Assembly (NCBI GenBank): GCA_951406725.2
Contig: OX597814.1
Span: 114,700,001-114,764,000, forward strand
Length of the DNA: 64,000 nt
From: Octopus vulgaris
Taxonomy: Eukaryota
Direction: 5' to 3'
Positions 12,573 to 22,401 of this stretch are shown here, one piece after another; the first letter of the stretch is position 1; each line of letters starts with the position of its first letter. The notes beneath the pieces were generated by a model. The model searched no databases and was not told the DNA's origin. It was given only the letters and a program-made list of their open reading frames with translations. The position numbers and the translations under genes were made by a program.

Positions 12573-12880
12573 CACATATATATATATATACACATATATA
12601 TATATATACATACATATATATATATACATACATATATATATATACATATATGCATGTATGTATATATATATGTGTGTGTATATATGTATATATATGTGTG
12701 TATGTGTGTATATATGTATATATATATGTGCAAATATATATATAAACACACACATATGTGTGTATATATATACATACATATGTGTACGTATGTATGTATA
12801 TATGTATGTATATATAAATGCACATATATATATATATATGCATATGTACACATATATATTTATATATATATATATATTCT
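11821..12880. repeat. About 1-kb (TA)n/(TACA)n/(TG)n microsatellite array
   Basis: Direct reading. Confidence 0.97.
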
Positions 12881-13817
12881 TATATATTACTACCTGCTTT
12901 TATAGCAAGTTGATGCAGGTAGTTTATGCCGTCCCCTGCGTCTTTTGGTTCATGCAATTGAAAGAAAACTGCATTATTTATGAGATGACCCAATATATGC
13001 TATGAGCTTTCCGAACCCCAAATCCGCTCACAAGTCTTTGGTCGGCTCGATGCTGTTGTTGAAGACTTTGCAGTGGGACTGAACCCGGAATCCTCTGGTT
13101 GGTAAGAAATCCATACTTTTGCCTATATGTCAGGAAATTGAGAACTAAGTCTGATCATGGCAGGTACACTTTTAATCATTGATCTGCTCTCTCTCTCTCT
13201 CTCTCCCCCCTCTCTCTCTCTCTCCCCTCTCTCTCTCTCTCTTAAATATGAATATAAAGACCCACATCGACAATATTTTACCAAGTGGTTATACAACAGA
13301 TTAAGCTCTAATTATTTCAGATACTTTACAAGTGTTTTAATTGTGTCTCATTAAGCAGAAGCTGAAATAATGTTTATCGTGTTTAGCATTAAATCAACTT
13401 TATTACTTTCACCAATGACCTTTATCAAGTAATAACACGTTTGAAATCTCTTATGACACTATAAACTATGATGATATTATACCATTTCTTCCTGAAAGAA
13501 TAAGAATATATGTTTGTGAACAAAATGAAAGGTCCTTTTCATTTATTAATGGGAGAGTCAATAAGTGAAAGTTAGGTAATTAATAAAATGATTTAATAGA
13601 TTATATATATATATATATATATCGTTCTCATTTATTACGAATACATACAAAATATCAGATGAAAAATTGTACAGGGATGCTCTACACGGGAGAAGTATAT
13701 TGCTTTGGTCAAACAACAAAGCTTGACATTAAACAGATATGATATGGTAGGAATTATCTATACAGAATTAATGTTTCTGTAAAACAATATTGATTAAATG
13801 ATAAATAAATAAATAAC

Positions 13818-14235
13818 ATGTAAAGTATAGAAGCCATCTTAATATGGCTAACCACAAAGGGGAGGAGGTGTTACTGTAGCTTTATAGCCCCAGGAGATCG
13901 TCTCCAGCTGGCTTTAGACATCATTTCAGTGCCCTTGAAGTATTTGCAAAGGGAGGCCATCCCTTTCTCGCAAGTCTGAGTGATACGCACGGACTAGTTT
14001 CGAGATTATTGTCTCTTATCAACGGGCGGTAAGCACCAGGTCGCGATGAAAGACAAGGCTGCTTTACAAATATATGAGTTTTTCTAGTGACGTCTGCCAC
14101 TGATTTCGAAAAACTGACTGTAAGCATTATTAAATCTCAAAATGAGATGTAAACAGTAATCGCTCGATAATGTAAAGTATAGAAGCCATCTTAATATGGC
14201 TAACCACAAAGCGGAGGGGGTGTTACTGTAGCTTT
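13818..14235 (-). mobile_element. Retrozyme-like repeat: 352-bp period, about 1.2 tandem units, with an internal decayed hammerhead
   Basis: atgtaaagtatagaagccatcttaatatggctaaccacaaag...tgttactgtagcttt starts at 13818 and 14170; hammerhead fold at 13986-14028 on the minus strand. Confidence 0.65.
13986..14028 (-). ncRNA. Decayed minimal hammerhead ribozyme
   Basis: cgcccg-TTGATAA-gaga-caataa-tctc-GAAA-ctag-TC-cgtgcg: stem II intact, stem I 5 of 6 pairs, palindromic ACTAGT, two core substitutions relative to CUGAUGA. Confidence 0.65.
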
Positions 14236-14247
14236 TTACATCTCATT

Positions 14248-14356
14248 CAAATTTATCGGCAGCAAATAAATATAAGCCGCCGATTCCATTACGGAATTTC
14301 TGGTTAATTCCGTAATGGAATCGGCGGCTTATATTTATTTGCTGCCGATAAATTTG
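14248..14356. repeat. Perfect 51-bp inverted repeat with 7-nt loop
   Basis: 14248-14298 is the exact reverse complement of 14306-14356; loop tctggtt. Confidence 0.97.
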
Positions 14357-14447
14357 GCGCGAGTGCGACGATTTGAAAATTTTAGGTCAGATATTGCCGA
14401 AGCAGGGACGGGAATGCCTCGTGAAAAATATCTGTTCCGACTTGGCT

Positions 14448-14554
14448 ATTTCTTACTGATGAATCTAAGGGCCTATGGTAGATTGGCTTGATTTAATTTA
14501 ATCAGGTTAGTTTACCATTAAACAGTAGACGAAACGGTGCATCGTATAAGAAAT
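14448..14554 (+). ncRNA. Type I hammerhead ribozyme with extended stem II
   Basis: Stem I atttctta/taagaaat, CTGATGA (14456-14462), stem II tcta/taga plus a 19-bp inner hairpin with 5 G-U pairs, GAAA (14531-14534), stem III cgg-tgca-tcg, cleavage triplet GUA (14544-14546). Confidence 0.85.
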
Positions 14555-14798
14555 TACAGGGTAAATGTTTTTTAATTTTCTCCTGGTTTACGGAATTGAT
14601 GTTATTTTGCGGTTGAAGCTTTTGGCTGTTATTTCTAGTGGGTGAATGGCCTATTATGGCCGTTCCTTGATTGTGATGTTGAACTTAAAAATGGTTTTTG
14701 ACTATTTAAATTTTTTCCCACTAGGCCGCTGGTGGCAAAAGAATTCTACAAAATTTTTTTGCCACCCTATATTGATTAATTATATATATATATATATA

Positions 14799-14932
14799 TG
14801 ACGGGCTTCCATACAGTTTTCGTCTACCAAATTCACTTACAAAGCATTAGTCAGCCCGATGCTACGGTAGAATACACGCACCCAAGATGCTGCACTGTGG
14901 AACTGAACTCGAAATCCTTAATCACCCAGCCA
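14799..14932 (-). mobile_element. SINE family B fragment
   Basis: gacgggcttcc...gtctaccaaattcacttacaaagc matches the reverse complement of the family B head and body (54790). Confidence 0.75.
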
Positions 14933-15514
14933 TTTATTTGTTTTTATTGTACAGTTAGGTGTTAGTGCTCGTGACTCTTCGCAGGAAATATGTGGGAGGG
15001 AGAAAACGGTTTTCTCAAACAGGCGTTCTGTCCATGATGCTCACCAATGAGTGAAGTCGGCTAAAGGTAACCAAGTATTAGTTAGTGGATTAAACCAGGT
15101 GGTAAATCCTATTTAACACCTATATACACCACGACGGGATTTGGACACAATGAGCTAGAGCAAATACCGCAAGGTACCCCATTCGATTCTGTAAAGGTTC
15201 CGCTAGTTTACTGTCCGTAATTTGGTACTTTGTTTATTGACTCCAGAAAGGTAAATGTAAACTTTGAAGTCGGTGGGAGTCGAACTCTCGATGTAAGAAG
15301 ATGGAATGATACCATAAGACATTTCGTCTGATGCTCTAATGATTGTCTTATTTCGCTGAAAAGCTGTAAGTCGAACAATGTTGGAAAGCATGGATGAGGA
15401 AGTTATCTAGAGTGTTAACATTCTATCGCAAGGACTGGAGAAAGCGGAGAGAATTGGATCTTGGAGGGGAGGCTCGTAATTAATATTTTGAATGAGAGAG
15501 GGAAATATATAGAA

Positions 15515-15568
<54 letters not shown>

Positions 15569-15739
15569 GGTAGGAAAGAATACGAGACGCATGTTTCTTT
15601 GATGCTTTACTCCTTTTATTTTGTCATTTATTGATAATACGGTCTCTACTTACGTGACATTGTGCTCTAAAGCATAAGTGTACTGAAGTTTAATAATTGA
15701 CTGTTGATATCGCGATGCCTGAACAAAATCGTATATGTA

Positions 15740-16095
15740 AACGCAGGCTTGGTTGTATGGTTGAGAAGTTCAGTTCACCATCAAATGGTTTCCGGTTCAA
15801 TCCCACTGCGTAACTGTTTGAACGAGAATCTTCTATGGATTCGGGGCCAACCAGTCAATACCTTATGAAGAAATTTGGTTGGCGGAAGCACTGCGGAACA
15901 CCTCTGCATTGGGAAGTGTGTGTGTGTGTGTGTGTGTGTACGTTCATCTTTGTTTCCATCATTCACAATTTAACAAAACATGTGGCTCCGTAACTTAGCG
16001 GTTCGACAGAATATTACCTGATTTACTGTAGCTGATATCATGGACTAAATTCTTCAAGGTAATAGCGCAGCATGGACTCAACCTATTAACTTATG
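15740..16095 (+). mobile_element. SINE family B, diverged
   Basis: ggttcaatcccactgcg head, internal (TG)n, ccgtaacttagcggttcg block and cagcatgg tail. Confidence 0.75.
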
Positions 16096-16099
16096 CAAC

Positions 16100-16139
<40 letters not shown>

Positions 16140-17412
16140 CAAATGTGTTTAAATGTGTATGCATGCATTTTTATGATGCCCCACATTTGCATATATGCAT
16201 AGTCTAAAATAATTTAGTATAAATATTATTACAAATAACCAAGCTTGAAACCTAATAGGTACCTATAGCAATATAATCCTCATTTTTCATCTCTCCAGAA
16301 CACACATGTTAAATTTTCTAAAGATAAGACAAATAACATCAGTAACAACCAAATCCCATTTCGACAGCTGCTGACCAACTAACCCTTTTATCCGTTTACA
16401 TACTTTTGTGAACACTAAAACACAACAGGCACAGTTTTTGTCTTTTTACTCACAATTTCATGACCTGAATCTGATCCACCTAAATTTGACACACATGATT
16501 ACAAAGTTTTACAAGTTCGACAGAATCCTGAACATTAACACAACTCCCACTTCAAACAATAAAATCTCTCATATGATCTTTTCATCAGAACGTACCATAC
16601 AAACATACTTGCTTCCTACCCTTCTCTGTCAACCCAATCAACTTTCCAAATGTACATACATCAAATCTAATTATTATACGACATAGCCCCACCTATTCTA
16701 GAAAAATAACTTCTCAGAGAATATAGGAAACAAAACGAAACTCTAATGTATCACAGCCCGACGAAGGCTAGCAGGCGAAATTTTCGAAGTTACTGTCAGC
16801 CATCTCCTTGTAAATGCTTAATATGCACTGTGCAAAAAGTATTGCGTCATCCATCACTTAAATTGATTATAAAGTATTGCGTCACCCATCACAGGTTAAA
16901 TTGATTATAACTCAACGTAAGACAAACGTGTGTGAGTGAACTTTGCATTTGTGCAACACACCCTCAAAGATATTGATATTAAATTTATAGCATTAGTATC
17001 ATTGACAATGTAAACTTTCTAAATAATTGAAAAAAGTGTCAACTGCTAATTAATCCTAATGAATTTCTACATTATTCATAAAAAAAAGATATATATATTT
17101 TCTTTGGAATTGAACTGGTTATATGCTTTTAATATTGAAGAGTAAATGGAATCGGAGCTACTTCAATATGAAATGTAACGAAAAAATGTTGGAATTATAA
17201 AGTAAAAAACTTCTTGGAATCTGTTTACATTAAGTGCCACATTAACCTTTATGACAACTACAGCTCGTAGATCATAATACCAGGAATCTTTATCGTTTTC
17301 ATCTATTATGTCATTTATTCTTTATTTTCCCTCCTTTCTCTGTGCATACACACATACACATCTTTTATATAGAGTAAACATTATCTTATATCAATAGAAT
17401 TGATAGATATTT

Positions 17413-17652
17413 TTTGATATTATCCCAAAGTGCCTGAGGAACCTGCACGAAATAGATGTAGGCGTTTTTAAATCAAGGCTGAACCTCTTCCTGTCAAGAG
17501 GCCCAGATGAACCTACCTCACGGCAAGAGGCGCAAATGAGGGTAGCTACATCAAACTCCATTCTTCACCAAATGCCACATATTAGAGGAGGTTCTCAGTA
17601 ATAACCGTGTAGCAAAATGGCGGTGCTCCAGCATAGCCTCAGATCTGTGGCT
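17413..17652 (+). mobile_element. 3' end of a second CR1-group LINE family
   Basis: FDIIPKCLRNLHEIDVGVFKSRLNLFLSRGPDEPT...SNSILHQ...* aligns with the C-terminus of the 2409-4223 ORF (FNIVPREIKE...FKQSLDRFLQRIPDKP...NSLLEQ). Confidence 0.85.
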
Positions 17653-17714
17653 ATGCTGGAGACCGCCATTTTGCTACACTGTTATTACTGAGAACCTCCT
17701 CTAATATATGGCAT
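17572..17714. repeat. Near-perfect palindrome, arms about 71 bp, centred on cagatctg (17640-17647)
   Basis: The right arm is the reverse complement of the left with a few substitutions and one 1-bp gap. Confidence 0.95.
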
Positions 17715-17869
17715 ATTGTTTGTATAAAGAAAGCTAAAATATAAATACTTACTGTACAAACAACTTACATTTTGAAATCACATTCATGTAAAAATATTTC
17801 TAAACGATTAAAATATTGTGTTTAACAAAAGCGAACATTAGAAATATTTACTGTAAAAAAACAAATCAT

Positions 17870-18166
17870 ACATTTTTCGTTGTCATATATCTGTCCAATC
17901 GAAAGGTTAGAGTTTCTTCCCTTTCAGAATGAAGTAAAATTCAGAACCTTTCTCCGTTTTGAGCATTTATACTCCCAAACACCGAATATCTCTATAACTC
18001 AATATCTCAAAAGCTCCGATTTACGCGAAACTTGTTTCATTCCGTTCTTATTAGCATTTCAAGGTAGACTTAATTCACAGTATTTTCCCATTATGCGCCA
18101 GTTTGGCTGGGTAACATTGCAAGCAGGCAAGCAAGCAAGATTCAAACTGACTTTTAATGTATAGAT
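17870..18166 (+). mobile_element. Probable non-autonomous Helitron/Helentron-type repeat
   Basis: Internal (GCAA)n stretch followed by an end reading cttttaatgtatagat; assigned on general architecture only. Confidence 0.35.
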
Positions 18167-18179
18167 GGTAGGGTAAAGC

Positions 18180-18390
18180 GAGCGGTGAGCTTACAGAATC
18201 ATCAGCGGGTGGGGCAAAATGCTTAGCTGTATTTCATCCGCTTTTACGTTCTGAATTCAAATTCCGCCGAGATCGACTTTGACTGTCATCCTTTTCGGGG
18301 TCGATAAAATAAGCACCCGTTGAGCACTGTGGTCAGTGCAACTTACCCATCTCCTGTAATTACTGACCTTGGGCCAAATTTTGAAATCAT
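18180..18390 (+). mobile_element. SINE family A, diverged
   Basis: gaattcaaattccgccgagatcgactttgactgtcatccttttcggggtcgataaaataag. Confidence 0.85.
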
Positions 18391-18460
18391 TATTAAGAGT
18401 AGGATGGTGGATTGGTAGAATTGTTCCGAGTGATATTTAGTTACGGATCTTTTGGATCTA

Positions 18461-18700
18461 TTGGGCTGGTGCATAATTATTGCCGTTTTTTTGCAACTAA
18501 TATTATTTAAAGATTAACAATAACAATATTTAACAAAAACATCTTTAAATTACGGTCTGACTGTCTGCCAAGCAAATGGGAAGCAGAAATTGAAGTACAA
18601 GGTGAATATGCTCCGAAATAATCATTTAAATATGTTTTTGTTACGTGTTATCGTTTTTTTTTTTTTTTGAAAAAGCCGCAATAATTATGCACCAACCCAA
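18461..18700. mobile_element. Mariner-derived MITE with TA target duplication, inserted in an old family A SINE
   Basis: TIRs ttgggctggtgcataattattgccgttttt / aaaaagccgcaataattatgcaccaacccaa, TA on both sides; SINE-like sequence resumes at 18703. Confidence 0.9.
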
Positions 18701-18977
18701 TAATTTTAAATCTCGCCAATGACAACTTTGCCAACAAAATATACTTTCAATCAAATGTTGGGGTTGATATAATTGACTAACAACGCCCATCAAATTTTAG
18801 GGCTTTTACCTATGTGAGAAATTTTTAGCAGTGCTGGGAAATACTTGTTGTGTCGAACAAAAATTCCTTGCGGTTTTCCATGCTTTCTGTTAATTTCCTA
18901 TTGAAATTAACTTAAACATTTCATTCTGCTGCATTGATAAAATAAGGTATCAGTCAAATACCGGGGTAGGTTTGATA

Positions 18978-19650
18978 CTTCTTCTAATGTCCGATGGCGC
19001 CTTGGAGCGGCACATCGGGCAGTCAGCGATCGCCAATTATCTCCGTCTCTTGTTAACCGGTATGCTTCTTCTCAGGTGATGTTCACTCTGCGCAGGTCTT
19101 CTTTGAAGATACTACACCATGTCTTCCTTGGCCGGCCTCTTTTCCTCTTACCTTCCAACTGCATCCAGCCCATGGCTGTTTTGGCAAGCCTCTTCTCTAG
19201 CATTCTTAGTATGTTTTCCAGCCATTCTCATTCGTCGTCCGGTTACAGTTGCATGTAGGGGCCTTATTCTTACTGCTTGGAGAATGGTTTTATTTGTCAT
19301 TCTGACTCGGTAAGTGATCTTTAAGATCTTTCTAAGGCGCCATTGACAAAATACATCGAGTTGACGGGCGAGTTGTGCTGTCATCTTCCAGATCTCAACT
19401 GCATACATTGCTATTAGCAATATTGCTGTTTTGTACAGGCGAATCTTCAGCGCAATACCTATGTTATTGCTACACAAAAGTGTTGTCAGTTTTCTAAATA
19501 CTGCCACTGCCTTGCCAACCTGCAGCTTACATCTGTTTATGTATCGCCGTTGCTTGTCAGTATGCTTCACAAATATGTGAAGCCTGTAACTTTTTCAACT
19601 GGTTCTTGTCCAACTTTCACTAGTACACGTTTCACTTATTTCCCAACATG
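18978..19650 (-). mobile_element. RTE-clade LINE 3' fragment
   Basis: VGKAVAVFRKL...LKIRLYKTAILLIAMYAVEIWK...LDVFCQWRLRKILKITY...TN..IL...RRMRMAG, then GKRKRGRPRKTW in another frame; ends in gaagaag. Confidence 0.88.
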
Positions 19651-20242
19651 CATTACCCTCTTTTTTTTTTGTTTTTGTTTTATATACCCCCACCAATTTC
19701 TGATCTCGTACCTATTTTAGAAATCTGTTGTAGATTTGTATAAAGCCTTGTAATATTTTTCTTACAGCTTTTAAAGTAACAAATTTAAATTACACGTAGA
19801 TCAATTTTATTTTTCATCCTTGCAAAGTGGTAAAATGAAATTAGTATTTCAAGCACTGGAGTCCATTACATCGACCCCAATCTCCTGCCCATAAAATTTT
19901 CAGACTTGTACCAAAATTTGAAAGAGCTAGTGTAGGCAGAAATGGGGTTAATGTCCTTGATTCCAGGTCACAACTACTTTCCTTTGATATCAAGGTCCTT
20001 TTGAGCAGCCCTTGCTATTCTCAGAACATATTTTTGAATAAATGCACCCTTCTCCACCAAAAACTAGAAAATCTGTTGGTAACGGTACATAGGGCGACTA
20101 TAACCACTTGGATTACTTTTGTTCAAGTTAAACATACAATTTCTAAGCCAAATTTGTATAGCTCTGATACTAAGATATATCTGTGCATTTTACCAGACGT
20201 CATTTTTAAAACCTGTATGGCACTCGATAGTAGAAGGATTTG

Positions 20243-20630
<388 letters not shown>

Positions 20631-22089
20631 CTTCGTATGGGTAAATATGCGTTTGCTTGCGAATATGAGTAAATTTTTGTGTAGGTGTGTCCTTAGAAAG
20701 TTTCCTACCAATAATTATGGACACTAGTTTATTGTCAACTCGAATTGCATTCATTCTCCTAGATTTTATTCATTTTTATCGTGAATTCCATATGAAAATT
20801 AACAATGAATTCCAACACCAAGTAGTAACAATCGACACTTAATCTCTTTGTAAATCATAATCTATATTACTGCTAACCATACATAAAATAGTAGTACTCC
20901 GGAAACCAGGACACCAATCCATTAATTTTGGAATATATAGTAATTATCATGAAAATATTAAAGCAGTTATATCATAAAGACCAGCGTAATTCAATAATTC
21001 TTTTTGATAGGTTTTATTAAATATAACTATAAATCTTGCCGAAAAGTTTTGGGATGCATTGATTTTATTTGCATAACTTTAGTAATTGGAAACTATTAAT
21101 CTTAGATCATATTTATACCGCAAACTTTTCTGCTTTTCAAGAATTGTTTTATGAAATATTTATATAATCAATATGCGTCTCTATCAACCACAGATCAACA
21201 CTATTTATTTTTCATATATTTTAAATATTTTTTCTTGGTCTGCTAAATATCCAAATAAAATTCTGGTATTGTTCTGACATAAAATAGTGCAACTGCAACA
21301 GGCAAATAAAATAACAATATTTTTTCCCTTGTATTTTTCTCCCTTAATATATTTTTCTTTGTATATGATCACGTGATAGTGTATTGTCACGTCTAAAAGG
21401 TTATTGATATAGCATTTTTCATTAATGTTGTTAATCAATTAGGCGAAAATACAGATTAGTCGGCAAAATATAAATGCAGTTTATAATTTTGTTCCAAGTT
21501 ATTGACTTCTCACAGATCCAATTTGCTTAAATAGTTATTGCATGGCAAATAATTGAATTTATACTTCTTCCTCATACACATTTATTTATTAGGTTTATTA
21601 TATTTCTCTCCTTGCCTGTTCCATGCACATACACACACATCATTATGGATGTGAGAGAATATGCGTGTGCGATAACCATAATCGAGAAGTTAAGAAATTC
21701 ACTTCACAATCATGAGTCCCTAGGTTTGGGCAAGTGTCACTTTCTATAGCCAAGCGTGAGCCTATATCTTGAAAATGAAACTGGGCCGATGGAAACCGTG
21801 TGGAAGCTCATAATATAAATTGCGCTTAGGTTCAGTCCTGTAACAGACTGAGAATTACTGATACACAAGTCTGGGGATTAGTCAGCCACTTACACGTTAA
21901 TCCAATGAGCCTAGTAGTTCAGTCCTTCTAGAAAAGGTACACTTATCAAAAATTCAGTTTTCAGTAATTTGCTAGCCGTGATTAGACAGCCTAACAGTGG
22001 CTAGTAAGCCAAAGCTTCGAAGTTAACCAACCATTTCATTGGAAAAAATTAAGATGGTACTCCACTAAATAATATACAATGTTCAACTG

Positions 22090-22401
22090 TACATTATTTA
22101 CATTAATTACATTTGACGGATATTTGCCCCCATTTTGTTTGTTGTTAACACAACGTTTCGGCTGATATACCCTCCAGCCTTCATCAGGTGTCTTTGAGAA
22201 GCTTCGAAACTGGGTTCTCATTCCTAAGGCATTTTTCGATGTTATTATTATTATTATTATTATGAAGGTAACTGCCTGGAATCGAACTCGGAATCTTGGG
22301 TTTAGTGGCCCACGCTATTAGCTACTACGCCATATGCCCGTGGACAAATGTAAATAATGTAAATGATGTACAAAATTCCTCATCTCTTCAATATAGAACT
22401 G
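22090..22401 (-). mobile_element. tRNA-headed, hammerhead-containing non-autonomous retroelement with inverted 3' tail and 12-bp TSD
   Basis: Minus strand: box A tggcgtagtag (22332-22322), box B gttcgattcc (22287-22278), (AAT)n, hammerhead (22192-22147). TSD aatgttcaactg at 22078-22089 and 22402-22413. Confidence 0.8.
22147..22192 (-). ncRNA. Minimal hammerhead ribozyme
   Basis: acac-CTGATGA-a-ggctg-gagggtatat-cagcc-GAAA-cg-TT-gtgt: intact core, 5-bp stem II, stem I acac/gtgt, palindromic AACGTT. Confidence 0.8.

Noticed and set aside
10333-13005. Long Y/I/H/T/C-rich ORFs on both strands
   Set aside because: Translations of (TA)n/(CA)n microsatellites, which lack stop codons in most frames; only the part of 9903-10886 below 10520 is real (PLE).
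16752-16797. Hammerhead-like cagcccgacgaaggctagcaggcgaaa after a possible decayed GIY-YIG end
   Set aside because: Core and stem II both broken; cannot be distinguished from chance without a consensus.
16837-16910. Short tandem duplications (also about 5078-5117 and 55593-55645)
   Set aside because: Ordinary slippage duplications with no further structure.
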